NCBI GenBank assembly: GCA_963705305.1
Contig: OY970067.1
Location: 1,600,001-1,664,000, forward strand
Reading direction: 5' to 3'
Length of the DNA: 64,000 bases
DNA from: an uncultured Methylomirabilota bacterium
GTDB taxonomy: Bacteria; Methylomirabilota; Methylomirabilia; Methylomirabilales; 2-02-FULL-66-22
The notes beneath the pieces are model-generated. The model had not been told where the DNA came from, did no database searches, and saw only the letters and a list, made by a program, of their open reading frames with translations. Below, one piece after another: positions 39,215-50,358 of the stretch. The position numbers and the translations under genes are program-made. Every line of letters starts with the position of its first letter. The stretch's first letter is position 1.

Positions 39215-40390
39215 TTACTTCTTGATCTGCTGGCCCCCCACCTCTCTGTCCCACCGGTCAAAGGCATAACTGAGTTTCCTGATCGGGAGTTCGGGCGTCA
39301 ATCCCCACTTCGTGCCGATCTGGTCATACTCCGGCCGCCAGAACTCTCTCACATACTTCTGCAGGTCCGTCGGCGCCTTATCCGCCGTGGCGGCCTTGAT
39401 GGATGGGCCGACGAAGGCTTTCCAGGTGAGGGCCTGCTGGTCGGGTCGCCGCATGAACTTCATCAGGTCGAGAATGACCTCGATCTCGTTCTGCGGCACC
39501 CCTTTCGGGATCCCCCAGTAGTGGCTGCCCGAGACCACGAAGGAGGTGTTGTCCAAGATGGTGATCTTGGAATCCGGGGGGATCATGCCCTCGGCGCGCG
39601 GCCGCATATCCCACTCCGTGTTGCCTGCAATCATCCACCGCTCCTCACTGGCGAACTCCCTCAAGGTGACGGTGGTGCCGGTCGGGTAGTAGTCGATATA
39701 CCTCCCAAGCTCCTTCAAGAATGGCCACGTCTTGTCCCATCCCTTCTCGGGGTCCTTGGGGTTCTTATCCTTGAGGATAAACGGCATTCCGACGAGGAGG
39801 GCACCGCCGGGGCCACTGCTCGCCGGCCGGGCGTACATGAACCTGCCGGGATTTGCCTTGGCCCAGGCCAGAAGCTCTTCTGCGGTTCTGGGCGGATTGG
39901 GCACCTTTTTGGGGTTGTAGATGAAAACCGGGCCACCCGGATCGGCCGTCGAGGGCAACAGGTATCCTTCCCCTCCATCCTGGAGCATCTTTCCTTCTTC
40001 CGTCAACTCGTTCCGGGGGAACAGCGTATCGTAGGTCGGGAAGAGCTTGATGAGCTGACCACCGAGGACCAGCCACGCGCCCGCATCCTGGCCTACCATG
40101 AGCAGATTGATGTCCAATCGCCCCGCATCCTGCTGGGCCTTGATCTTCGACGGCACTTCTGGCTGCGGCGCCCGCTGGACCTTGAGTTCCTTGATCTTGT
40201 TCGGGAATGCCTTCATGTAGTTGTTCAGGATTACCCCAACCGAATCCATGTCTCCGGCCGAATCGAGGACTGAGAGCGTGATCGGCTGCTGGGCGGAGGC
40301 AGGCTGCCACGTTCCGCCGACCGCGAGTCCCAGTGCGACGAGTGGCACTACGACACGAAACACAACGGACCTCCCGTGACGCTGTTGCAT
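39215..40390 (-). CDS. ABC-type extracellular solute-binding protein (orphan)
   Basis: Signal peptide ASA; ELLAWAKANPGRFMYARPASSGPG; no permease adjacent. Confidence 0.82.
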   Translation of the reverse strand: MQQRHGRSVVFRVVVPLVALGLAVGGTWQPASAQQPITLSVLDSAGDMDSVGVILNNYMKAFPNKIKELKVQRAPQPEVPSKIKAQQDAGRLDINLLMVGQDAGAWLVLGGQLIKLFPTYDTLFPRNELTEEGKMLQDGGEGYLLPSTADPGGPVFIYNPKKVPNPPRTAEELLAWAKANPGRFMYARPASSGPGGALLVGMPFILKDKNPKDPEKGWDKTWPFLKELGRYIDYYPTGTTVTLREFASEERWMIAGNTEWDMRPRAEGMIPPDSKITILDNTSFVVSGSHYWGIPKGVPQNEIEVILDLMKFMRRPDQQALTWKAFVGPSIKAATADKAPTDLQKYVREFWRPEYDQIGTKWGLTPELPIRKLSYAFDRWDREVGGQQIKK

Positions 40391-40699
40391 ACCATTCCTC
40401 CTGCGGACTGACTCTTAGGTCCGCGCTGATGGGAAAGACCCGCGTCAGCAGTTGGCAAGCCAGTGTGCTTGCCGAGCTCTTCTTTATACCGGCCTACCGA
40501 AAACTCCCATCAAGAATGAGGCACCCTCGGTCACAGATTAGTAGTACCACGCAAGCAGGCTCGACAGAGATTCCCAACGATCGGCCTTGTTCGAACGAAT
40601 CGGGGTCATCTTCGATCCACAGGACTCGAGACTAAAGACGGTCATAGATGATCCCATCGGAGTGCGGCACCTTCTGCGTGCGCTCAACCCGGGTGAAAC

Positions 40700-40745
40700 T
40701 GGCCTGCCCCCATCGATTGGTCCACCTGCAAAGTTAGTTCAAACC
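40700..40745 (-). repeat. Solo IS3-like end, copy 3
   Basis: TGGCCTGCCCCCATCGATTGGTCCA... Confidence 0.6.
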
Positions 40746-40772
40746 TTCTGCCACAGGGCACGGAAGGCTTCA

Positions 40773-41669
40773 TCAATAGGGCATCGTCCGTTTGGTGTAC
40801 TTGCGTCCGATCTCAGCGGTTGCCGCGCCCTCTTCCGATCCCCCGCCGGTCGCGAAGATCTTGATGCCAGCTTCAATCTGATTTGTGATCTCTTCAGGGG
40901 CAACGTCCTCCTGGAAGAACAGCCCTGCCGCTAGGCAGGCTGTCACAATGCGGGATCGGACCGCCTCGATGTCCGGCGGGTATGGTTTCGGGGGGGTGCT
41001 GGTGTATCCCATCGAGAGGCTCATGTCGTTCACGCCCCATTCGCCAAAGCAGAGCCCGGGGACGCGCACGGTCTTCTCGCAGTTTTCGACGCACCACTTG
41101 GTCTCGATCTTCAGTCCAAGCATCAGTTCACCATTCGGGTTCAGGGGCCACACATCCGCCCGTTGCTTGTATTCGGCCACGGAGAGTCCCCAGACAAATG
41201 CCGGAGTTTTCTCGTCGCTGTGCCCCCGCCGGCCCTCCTCCAGTCCCTGGCCGACGCCCGCCCGGTGGAACGCAAAGCGGCAGGTCTCGACAAAGGCTCT
41301 TGCTGCCTCAGGTGTCTCCGCGTGACACAGGTGGAGCCCATGAACACCGGTGTTGAGCAATTGCCGAATGATCCAGGCGTTGGCCCGAAGCGTCTGCTCA
41401 TTGCGGCCTTCCAGTGGCATGGTAACGATCACGGCGGGAGTGCGATGCCCGCTCTTCGTGGGCCCCCCGTCCACCAGACCGCGCATAAACTCCCGGAGGC
41501 GTGAGACGTCGAATGGCGTCAACTCCATGTTGTAATCGATATAGTCCGCCCAGGTACGGGCCAGGGCCAGCCCGCCCGGATACTTCTGTTCGGCTGGATC
41601 GGCGACCCGACGGTAATACACGGGTTGACCTTGCGCCAATAATTCGATAACCTTATTAATTCTCGGCAT
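40773..41669 (-). CDS. Divergent HpcH/HpaI aldolase/citrate-lyase family protein
   Basis: QLLNTGVHG..CHAETPEAA, GLKIE, EWGVNDMSLSMG. Confidence 0.75.
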   Translation of the reverse strand: MPRINKVIELLAQGQPVYYRRVADPAEQKYPGGLALARTWADYIDYNMELTPFDVSRLREFMRGLVDGGPTKSGHRTPAVIVTMPLEGRNEQTLRANAWIIRQLLNTGVHGLHLCHAETPEAARAFVETCRFAFHRAGVGQGLEEGRRGHSDEKTPAFVWGLSVAEYKQRADVWPLNPNGELMLGLKIETKWCVENCEKTVRVPGLCFGEWGVNDMSLSMGYTSTPPKPYPPDIEAVRSRIVTACLAAGLFFQEDVAPEEITNQIEAGIKIFATGGGSEEGAATAEIGRKYTKRTMPY

Positions 41670-41899
41670 CCGTCATCCCTCTCCGCCAAATAGGTTGGAT
41701 CAACAGTTGCACCCTCACTGCCAGGGCTAAGGACTCTCAGGCTGTGAGGCACACGAACATCGCCTGAACGATATCGCCATCAGGTAGTCCTTGGAGGAGG
41801 GGCAAGCCGTCTCCCGTCTGATCAACAGTTCGCCATCCTCCCAATGGCGCGACTGCCTGCTTCGCTGTGTAGCACTTACGCATGCCGGGGCAGATTCTG

Positions 41900-42577
41900 A
41901 AGTCGCTCCGGCACGGAACAGCTCCCGCCGGATTGCCTCCACCCTCTTGAGATGCTTTGCAAGGTATTCCAGGGCTTGAGGAGAGCACGCCAGTTCCAGG
42001 TATTCTTTCGCACATGCATTGGCCGCAATTTCACTGGGTGCGAGCGATAGGGGCTGCATCTTTACTGATCCAAGGCCCCGCGTGCAGTCCCACACCGTCC
42101 GTGTCGCAATTGTCGGACGCACCGCCTCGATCCGAGGAGACGGCTCCTGCGCGACCACATCCTCTTCCGGGTCGATCCCTCGGAAGCATGTGCGCCAGAT
42201 TTCCCGCGCGGCCTGCGTCAGGACGGTGGAGAGGGTGCCCACATACACCACGATTGCTTGGGGTCGGCGCGGATACTGCGAGAGGTACTGAAGAGGCCAT
42301 GGTTATTCCCGCGCGCAGATGCCCCCTTGGCTCCCAAGGTCTCGGCGAGGACTGCGGCGGGCCGCACGCCGCAGTACCGCTTCAGCCAGTCTGCCTCCTT
42401 GTAGCCGGGGTGTAGACCCTAATGGATCACCGGCCACACATCCTGACCCGCACCTCGGCGGAAAGTCGAGTCCTGCGCGAGGAGCAGGGACGCGTATTGC
42501 TCAGCGGGGCTCTCGATCGCCCGATCCAGGAGATCGGCCAGATCGTTTTCGGGAAGGCCACCGACCCTAGCCGGCAT
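41900..42577 (-). pseudogene. Decayed hypothetical gene following the hydantoinase gene
   Basis: ATG overlaps the hydantoinase end; protein-like segments (YLSQY..AIVVYVGTL, SEIAANACAKEYL) broken by stops and frameshifts. Confidence 0.3.
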
Positions 42578-44714
42578 TTCGCGCCCCCAAGAGAATCACC
42601 GGCGCCCCCGAGGGCAGGCCCTCTAACTCCGTCTGTGCCACGTTCCTGGCACTGTCGAAATCCACCAGGCCAGACAAGTCCACCACCCGTCCCCCTAGGC
42701 CGAGGTAGATATCCGGATAGGCCACACACTCGTCCCGATACGAGCACGAGGCATCCCACACCCCTTTGAGATCTTCCAAGGCACTTGCCGCGGTGCCGAC
42801 TGTGACGATGACGTCCCCCCGTTGGACCTTGATGAAGCCTTTCTTGTCAATCACCCGCACTGCGCTCGCGGGGGTCCCCCAGCCGCGCCGGTTCGCGGGG
42901 GGAAGCGTATAGACAAAGAGTCCGTCGGTACGCGCGGCGAGGGTCAGCTGCTCGGGGGGTACATTGAAGGATTTCGCGGCGATGGCGAGCGCCTCCTCTG
43001 CCGTGCATTCCTTGCGCAGGTCCGTCGTGCGAAGCTCGGCTGCGCCCAAGGCAATCGCGCGGACCCGCTGCGTGAGGGCGTCAATCTCGACGGAGACCTC
43101 GATCCCATCTGGGTTGGCGCCGGCCCGGATCGCCGCCTCCTTGGCCTCGCTTTTGATGGCCGCGAGCTCCTGAGGTGACGGGTGGGGAATGACCCGCTCC
43201 ACGACGTCGCGGACCATCGCCAGGGCCACGCCGATGGACGAGATCACTTCCGCGTTCACGGGGATCTGATATTCCAGATGTAACTGCTGCGCCGTGTACG
43301 GCAACAAGGCCGCGGCCCCGCCCCCCGCCCCCACCAGCACCGCCTGCGCCCGTTCCAGCTTGTACTCCTGGAGCAACGACTCCACCACGGGGACCAGCTT
43401 CTGCGAGGCGATGTCCAGGATTTCGCGCGCAACGTCCTCGACGCCACGCCCCACCTGCTGGGCCAGCGGCTGCAAGGCTCGCCGGCAGCTCTCTGAATTA
43501 CCGGCGGCATGGTACTGGGGCGCGACTAGCCCCAACGCATTGGCGGCGCAGGTCACCGTCACCGCGACCCGCTTGCCGGTGGTCGAGCGGATGGCAACGT
43601 AGTCCGCCGGATCGCCCGGCTTGGGCTGGATGTATTCCACGGTTGGATCCACGATCTCCTCAGGTGGCGTGAACGCCGCATAGGCCAGGCCGGCAATGTG
43701 GGCGCTCCGGGGACCGACATCCACGATGCGGCCGTCCTTCACCCGGACCATGCTCCCCCCCGCGATGCCGAGAACCCGCACATCGAGCGAATTGACATAG
43801 GTCCGATGGCCGCCCACCTCGGCGTACTTGACGGTGGGTCGCCCGTGCTTGATCACTCCGATGTTCGTGCTGGTGCCTCCGACCTCGAAGTACACCCCGT
43901 CCGACGCCCGCAGGTACATCAGCGCCCCAACCACGCTCGCGGTCGGCCCGGACAGCATCGATAGGACCGGCCGTTTCCGCATCTCCTCGATGCCCATGAC
44001 CCCCCCGTCGCCCCGCATGATCATGAGGGGGGCCCGAATGCCCGCCTGCCGCACGCTCGCCTCCGTGCTGGTGGCAGTCTCCATCATCTTGGGCAGGATG
44101 CTCGCATTGACCACGGCGGAGCGCGTGCGCACGGTCAGGCCGTAGAGCTTGCTGATCTCGTGGGCGGCGGTAGCCGGAAAATGCATCTCGGAGGCGACCG
44201 ACTGCACGAGCGTCTCCTCGCCCGTCTTGTCCACCCCGAAGGCTTTGCTGGCGACGAACACCTTGGCCCCCTGACTCACCAGGCTGCGGATCGCCGCCTC
44301 GATATTCTCGGGGGTGAGTCCGGTGGTGGACAAGAAGGTATGATAGGTCTTGATCCACCGACCGGTGGCGAGGGGAATATCGCCGACGGCGGTTTGCCGC
44401 CTCGCCAGAAAGCGCTCGATCAGACCCGTCGCAAGCCCGATGATGCCCACGGGCGCAACGTCGCCCTCCAGGAGCGCATTCGTGGCCTGGGTGGTGCTGT
44501 GGGCCAAGAAAATCACCTCGTCGGGCGCAATCCCATTTTCCTCCAGGCACGCCTTGAAGACCGCCACCACGCCGCGAGCCACCCCTTCTGGCGCGGCATG
44601 GGTGGTGAGGACGACCGATTTCCCCAGGATCTCATGCGTCTCGTGATCGATCGCGACGGCTTTGGTAAATGTCCCGCCAACGTCAATCCCCATTCGCACC
44701 ATGCGCTTCCCCAT
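42567..44714 (-). CDS. Hydantoinase/oxoprolinase A-like ATPase (stand-alone)
   Basis: GIDVGGTFT, HSTTQATNALLE, LSGPTAS, EVGGTSTN, AGGS. Confidence 0.9.
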   Translation of the reverse strand: MGKRMVRMGIDVGGTFTKAVAIDHETHEILGKSVVLTTHAAPEGVARGVVAVFKACLEENGIAPDEVIFLAHSTTQATNALLEGDVAPVGIIGLATGLIERFLARRQTAVGDIPLATGRWIKTYHTFLSTTGLTPENIEAAIRSLVSQGAKVFVASKAFGVDKTGEETLVQSVASEMHFPATAAHEISKLYGLTVRTRSAVVNASILPKMMETATSTEASVRQAGIRAPLMIMRGDGGVMGIEEMRKRPVLSMLSGPTASVVGALMYLRASDGVYFEVGGTSTNIGVIKHGRPTVKYAEVGGHRTYVNSLDVRVLGIAGGSMVRVKDGRIVDVGPRSAHIAGLAYAAFTPPEEIVDPTVEYIQPKPGDPADYVAIRSTTGKRVAVTVTCAANALGLVAPQYHAAGNSESCRRALQPLAQQVGRGVEDVAREILDIASQKLVPVVESLLQEYKLERAQAVLVGAGGGAAALLPYTAQQLHLEYQIPVNAEVISSIGVALAMVRDVVERVIPHPSPQELAAIKSEAKEAAIRAGANPDGIEVSVEIDALTQRVRAIALGAAELRTTDLRKECTAEEALAIAAKSFNVPPEQLTLAARTDGLFVYTLPPANRRGWGTPASAVRVIDKKGFIKVQRGDVIVTVGTAASALEDLKGVWDASCSYRDECVAYPDIYLGLGGRVVDLSGLVDFDSARNVAQTELEGLPSGAPVILLGARNAG

Positions 44715-44968
44715 GTTCCCGCCCCTCTTCCGCGGCACTCTTACTCTGGCAATCTGGGTATGCCGAGGCGCTTCCGGAGCCGTTCGTTTCCTGAAAGGCA
44801 AGCCCGATCCAGCTCTTGCACGGGCGCGGCGCTCGCGCCGCGGCCTTTGCCAATTTGTTCCTCTCCGGCACCGGCCCGGCACCTACGACCGGGAAGCCTG
44901 TCCGCAGGCCGCCAGAGATTCGTCAGCCTGTTTCGCCCCACACCACCAACAGGCCCGAGACTCTCGGC

Positions 44969-46270
44969 CTACCTCCCGAACACATAGAAGGCGACCAGGC
45001 AGCCCAGGATGGCCGCAATCCAATTCGTGACAAAGCTCGGCCGGATGTGGTCGAGCGGCGGGACCTTGACATAGTGAATGACCCAAATGGTCCACGACTG
45101 GGTCGGACAGGTTCCGTTGGCGTACGCACTCGGGATTTGGGCGAGCGCAAAGATCAGCAGGAGCGGCAGATTCCCGATGGCTGCCAAATAGCCCACCAGA
45201 GCCGCGCCGGCCCCTCCGACCATCAGGGGGCCGCGGTACAATGCCAGGGGAGTGAGCAGGCCGAAGAACAGGGCGATCCCCAGAGCACTATGTGGCAAGA
45301 TGTGACTGAGGACCGGCTGCAACATCGGGGTCGCTTTTGAGGCGGCCATCACGAACACCTGGATGCCCATCCACGCGAGCATGACCCCGGCAATTTCGCT
45401 CACCCCGTCGTGAAAGGTCTTCTGCAGCACCTCGACCCCGCCTCCTCGGGGCAGCAATCGACCGGTCGTCAGCAGCGCAATCAGAATGGCCGCCAGGAAT
45501 GCCGGCACGTTCGGCCAGTGGAACGCCATGATCATGATGATCGGTATGGCGGGTGTAATCAGGCTGTACCACGGCGCTTCCTTGGCGAGGGGGGGGAGGA
45601 CCTCGGCGATTCGTGTCGCCCACGCGGTTTGCAGAACCTTCTTGTACTTTATGTAGTACGCCAGCATCGCTATATCGGCCAGGAGGAAAAGCGCGAAGAA
45701 GACAAAGCCGTAGGGTAAGTACTTTGTGACCGAGATCGCGCCTTTCGGGACGCCCGCCATCGTGAAGAACGTCACGATGAGATTGATGTTGACGATATTC
45801 ACCGGCATCGCGGCCCCGATGGCGGTCGTAAATGAAGCCGTGGCGAGCCAGGGAGGGATGCCCAAGGAGATCAGAACGGGAAAGGCGATGACCCCGATGG
45901 CGATGGCGCCGCCCACGCCGAACACGGCCGTGAAGATGAACCCGGTGACAATGGACACTAATGTCGCGACAACCAACGGACGATCGCCGCCCAATTCCAC
46001 CGTCCGGCGAATGAGCGTGGCGACAATCCCCGTTTGCACCAGCACCTGACCAAGCCAACTCCCGAGAATCATGAGCATGATCGTCGGGGCGATATTCTCC
46101 ACCACCGCCTGCAAGACGTTGGACAGGATGGAGTGGAAGGGCATCCCCGCCACGACCACCCAAAACAATCCGGTCAGCGAGAGGCCGACGAAGATGGAAC
46201 CACCCCGGCACAGGTAGTACAGCATGACCCCGAAACTCGCTAAGAGGATCAATCCGCTCAGCATCCCCAT
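44969..46270 (-). CDS. IT-superfamily (citrate/gluconate-like) transporter
   Basis: About 11 TM; IRRTVELGGDRP, PLALYRGPL, CPTQSW. Confidence 0.75.
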   Translation of the reverse strand: MGMLSGLILLASFGVMLYYLCRGGSIFVGLSLTGLFWVVVAGMPFHSILSNVLQAVVENIAPTIMLMILGSWLGQVLVQTGIVATLIRRTVELGGDRPLVVATLVSIVTGFIFTAVFGVGGAIAIGVIAFPVLISLGIPPWLATASFTTAIGAAMPVNIVNINLIVTFFTMAGVPKGAISVTKYLPYGFVFFALFLLADIAMLAYYIKYKKVLQTAWATRIAEVLPPLAKEAPWYSLITPAIPIIMIMAFHWPNVPAFLAAILIALLTTGRLLPRGGGVEVLQKTFHDGVSEIAGVMLAWMGIQVFVMAASKATPMLQPVLSHILPHSALGIALFFGLLTPLALYRGPLMVGGAGAALVGYLAAIGNLPLLLIFALAQIPSAYANGTCPTQSWTIWVIHYVKVPPLDHIRPSFVTNWIAAILGCLVAFYVFGR

Positions 46271-46489
46271 TGCTCCTCCTCCTTCTCCGAAGGACTCCAG
46301 TCCGTTGACGCCACCTCCAGAATGCCTGGAGTTCTACACGCCCCACGTTCCCGGCAGCCCTGGGGGCTCGCTCCACGCCTGTGGCGCGCCTGCGTGCAAG
46401 GAGCACCCGGCCCGTAGGGCGGCCCGGGCACAGCTCAACGGTCAAGTGCGCGGCGATCGATAGGGGAGGCGCCGCCGAGTGGCTGCCCC

Positions 46490-47158
46490 TCAGTCAGTGA
46501 TCGCCACCGCGCGCACCGGGGAACCGTCTGCTCCTTCGATCGGGAGCGGCAAGGCCATAAATCGACACCGGGGGCGTCCGATCTGGTCCAGGTGCGTGAG
46601 GTTCTCCACAACCGCGATCCCGGCGGGGAAAAACGCCGCGTGGGTCGTGTTGTCCTCTCGCGTCAGTGCTTTTGCAGGCTCGAACGCCATGGTCCGGATA
46701 CAGTAATCACAAGGATAGTCATACCCGACGACCTTCACCTGCCGGCGAATGAGCCACTCGCAGGCATCCCGGGCGGTATAGGGGGCCTCCCGCCAGAACT
46801 GCTCGGTCGCGACGTCCATTTGCTTCGGCCAGTCGGTCCGGAGTAGGACGATGTCTCCCTGACGGATGTGCTGCCCGTGCTGCTCGAGATCGGCCGCTGT
46901 GACCGGAGTATTCGCGCCGATATGCGTCAGGTCCACGACGGCTGCCTCCCCCACCCACCGGTCGATCGGAAGCTCGGCGATATGCTGCGCCCCCGGCAGA
47001 AAATGGATGGGAGCATCCACGTGCGTGAAGGCGTGGCAATTGATGGTGAGCACGGTGACCTGGAAGATGTCACCCCGCGCATGGGCCGACCGCAGCTCGG
47101 TTCTCCCAACCCACCGGAAATGTGGCCTGATCGGAAAGCTCAGATCGATGATGCGCAT
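46490..47158 (-). CDS. Cyclase/kynurenine-formamidase-like metallohydrolase
   Basis: IIDLS, HAFTHVDAPIHF, VENL, GADGSPVRA. Confidence 0.9.
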   Translation of the reverse strand: MRIIDLSFPIRPHFRWVGRTELRSAHARGDIFQVTVLTINCHAFTHVDAPIHFLPGAQHIAELPIDRWVGEAAVVDLTHIGANTPVTAADLEQHGQHIRQGDIVLLRTDWPKQMDVATEQFWREAPYTARDACEWLIRRQVKVVGYDYPCDYCIRTMAFEPAKALTREDNTTHAAFFPAGIAVVENLTHLDQIGRPRCRFMALPLPIEGADGSPVRAVAITD

Positions 47159-47194
47159 CTCTGCTCTCCCCGCACCTGCACGTGTTCTCGCTGG

Positions 47195-48201
47195 CTACTC
47201 GGCCCACCACGGGACCATGTCGCGGAGCTCCGGGACGACCCAGAGTGGTGGCTTCCCCGCAGCCACGCGCGCGATGTTGGCATAGCCGTTTTGAAACCGT
47301 TTGCGCCAGCTCTCCCAGGTCGGCCCGGCGATGTGCGGCGTGACGAGGATGTTGGGCAGGGTGAACAGGGGGTTGTCCTTGTCCGGAGGCTCAGCCGCGA
47401 AGGTGTCCAGTCCGGCGCCCAGCAGATGACCGTCCCGAACCGCCTCGTACAGGGCCCGCTCATCGACCACTTCGCCCCGGCAGGTATTGATCAGGACGGC
47501 CCCCGGTTTCATGGCCGCGATTCGGCGCCGACTCATCAGCCCCACCGTGGCCGCGCTCAGCGGGACGTGCAGGCTCATGACGTTCCGAACGTCCCGAGGA
47601 GCTCCTCAAGCGCCACATAGGTGAGTGCCAAATCCCGTTCGTCCTCCACGGGGAGTCGTCGCACGTCGAAGTACTGGAGACAGGTCCCGAAGGGCCGCAG
47701 GCGGGTTGCCACGTGTCGCCCGATCGCCCCGAGCCCGACGATCCCGACGGTCTTCCCGTCCAATTCGTAGATCTCGCTCTCCGTCCCTTGCGGGCGCCAC
47801 TCTCCGGATCGCGTGCGGGCGTCCAGTGCCCGGAGACGCCGGAGGACGGCCAGGATTAAGAGGATTGTGTGCTCGGCCACCGCCACGGCATTCGCCCCGC
47901 CATTGGTAGCCACCGGAATCCGGCTGCGCCGCAGGCGCCCGAGGTCCACTTGGTCATAGCCCGCGCTGAGGAGCTGCACCAGCCGGGTGGTCCCCTCCAG
48001 TGCTTCATAGAAGGCCGGTGCCATGGGCCTGACAATGAACCCCAGGAAATACCCCGCTTGCGCCACGATCCGAGCGGCCTCCAAATCGGTGGCGCCCGCA
48101 GGCACCTCCACCAGGCGGAATTGGTCTGGAAGCAGCTGGTGCCCTGCGTCCTTTACCTTGTCCATCACCTGCGCCATGAATGCGATCACATCACCCGACA
48201 T
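47195..48201 (-). CDS. D-2-hydroxyacid dehydrogenase, frameshifted near 47585
   Basis: AGYDQVD, AVAEH, GLGAIG, then SLHVP, INTCRG, GAGLD, TPHIAG in the second frame. Confidence 0.82.
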
Positions 48202-48355
48202 CGTTCCGGTGTCCTCTTTTCCATCACCCTGTCCAGAATCGGCTTGCCGTCCGATCACGAGACGGCTGCATGATTCAATGCGTTCTCAAGCTCCGAGCCC
48301 TCGCCCGCAATCGCGCATGCGACCGTTCGGCCGCTCGCGTCTCGCCGGCATGAGC

Positions 48356-49538
48356 TCAGGCGATGGCGCAGCCCCACAGGGCCCCCCGCACGAGCGCCTG
48401 TCCGCTCTTGACCAGCAAGCTGCCCGAGCCGTACACCCGATCCACGGCGCCTTCCGCATTCAGGACCAGGACATCGGCATCGGATCCCACCGTCAGCCGA
48501 CCTTTGCGCGTAAGACCGAGGAGATCAGCGGGATGTCGCGTGGCGAAGGCGGCCGCGTCTCCCCACGCCATGCCGGTATCGACCAGTTCGCGGAGGGTGT
48601 CCAGAACACGTCCGGGCCCCACCATATGCAGGCCGAGCTCCTTGCCGGATGTATCCACTTGCATGTAGGGCACGCCGCTGTCCGACGAGAGTGTAATCCG
48701 CGCGGCCGCCACCCCCGCTGTCAGGGCTCCCCGGATCGCTTGCGCGGGCCGGACGGCCTCCGGAAAACCCTCTTCGGGCCGCTCCGTCGCGGTCACATCG
48801 ATGCTCCCTCCCGCCAGAGCATACTCCAGCGCCTGTTTCCACAAGGCTGCATTCCGGTTGACATGCGTCGCGACCAGGCGATCCGACGGGATTCCCGTCC
48901 GCCGCTGGACCTCAGGCAGGGGCATCAGTCCTGCGGGATGATCTCCGACGTGCGCATGGAACACGGCCCGCTTTCCGGCGAGCCGCCCCCCGGTCCAGGC
49001 CGCGTAGGCGAGGCTGCAGAGCTTATCCAGGCTATAAACGGGCGCCAGCGGCTCGGAAATAGCCACCTTGACCCCAAGGACCGCCGGCACATACGCGATA
49101 TCCGCTTGCGCATTGCCGGTCAGTGTGGGCACGGGGTTCTTCCAGCCCCCGGTATAGCAATAGGCCGCGATGCCTTCCGCGCGCAAGGCGGCTGCGCGGG
49201 CCAAGAGCCCCGGGACAGATCGGCTCAGGCTGTCGGCTCCGAGCGGCGAGATGACCGTCGTCACCCCCGCACTCACAATGTGTTCGATCTGCAGATCCGT
49301 ACTGCGGGTGGTGGGGCCGCCGAGCCCGCTCGCCCCCATGACGTGCACGTGCCCATCCACTAAGCCGGGAAGCACGATGCGTCCCGAGAACGTCCACCGT
49401 CTCGCCGTCGCCGATCCCCGTTGGGGGGGTCAAATTCACCGCCACCGCGGCGATTTCGTCCTGCACAATGAGCACATCCGCAATGCCTCGATCCTCCGGA
49501 TCGAACACCTGCCCGCCCCTCAGCAGCACCCACGTCAT
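48356..49538 (-). CDS. iadA: Isoaspartyl dipeptidase-like amidohydrolase, frameshifted near 49390
   Basis: PGLVDGHVH, GPTTR, GVKVAIS, HAHVGD, THVNRN, ITLSSD. Confidence 0.78.
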
Positions 49539-49602
49539 TACGTTTCCTCCTCGGCCCACAGCGGTGCGGGTCGTGATTGAACCCGCTCCGATCCTACCCG
49601 GC

Positions 49603-50358
49603 TTACCCCTTCGGTTGCCGATCGGTGATGCGGCTCTTCTTCAACACCGCGAGAAGCCGCGCCGCGCCGCGATCCAAGTGCCCCCGCATGGCCTGACGGG
49701 CCTGCGGCTCGTCGCGGGCCGCGATCGCTTCTGCGACCGCGGCGTGCTCGGCAAATGCCGGCTGCGGGCGGCCCTCGAAGTACTCCTCGGTCACCTTGTC
49801 CATCCAAGCCCGTACGACCTGTTGCAGCGTTTCTAGGATATGGAACATTACCTGGTTATGGGCGGCGCGGGCGATCGCCAAATGAAAATCCAAGTCGATC
49901 CGCACGAACGCGGGCCCATCGTCCTGGCTGGCTTCCAACTGCGTCACGTCCCCTTTGATCATCGCGATGTCTTCATCGGTCGCCCGTTGGGCGGCCAGCC
50001 CAGCCAGTTCTACCTCGATGATCCGCCGGGTCTCGATCACCTCCCGGGCGCTGTCATCGTTCATGAGCAGTCCCCAGGAGAGGGGCAGCGTGAGCGCCGA
50101 GCTACCCCCGTTCCCGACGAACATGCCTTCCCCCACGTTCACTTCCACCACACCGATCGTGCTGAGGACGCGCACGGCTTCGCGCAGCGACGATCGGCCC
50201 ACCGAGAGCCGCGTCATGAGATCCCGTTCGGTGGGGAGCCGATCCCCGGGGCGGAGGCCCTCATCCAGGATCAGGTTAATAAGGCGCTGGAGGATTATAT
50301 CGGTGATTTTCTGTCGGCTGATCGGCGTCAGATGCTTGGACTCGATCGTGTTCCCCAC
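49603..50358 (-). CDS. FadR-subfamily GntR regulator
   Basis: LPTERDL..VGRSSLREA; FCD domain DLDFHLAIARAAHN; GGAGGA RBS. Confidence 0.92.
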   Translation of the reverse strand: MGNTIESKHLTPISRQKITDIILQRLINLILDEGLRPGDRLPTERDLMTRLSVGRSSLREAVRVLSTIGVVEVNVGEGMFVGNGGSSALTLPLSWGLLMNDDSAREVIETRRIIEVELAGLAAQRATDEDIAMIKGDVTQLEASQDDGPAFVRIDLDFHLAIARAAHNQVMFHILETLQQVVRAWMDKVTEEYFEGRPQPAFAEHAAVAEAIAARDEPQARQAMRGHLDRGAARLLAVLKKSRITDRQPKG

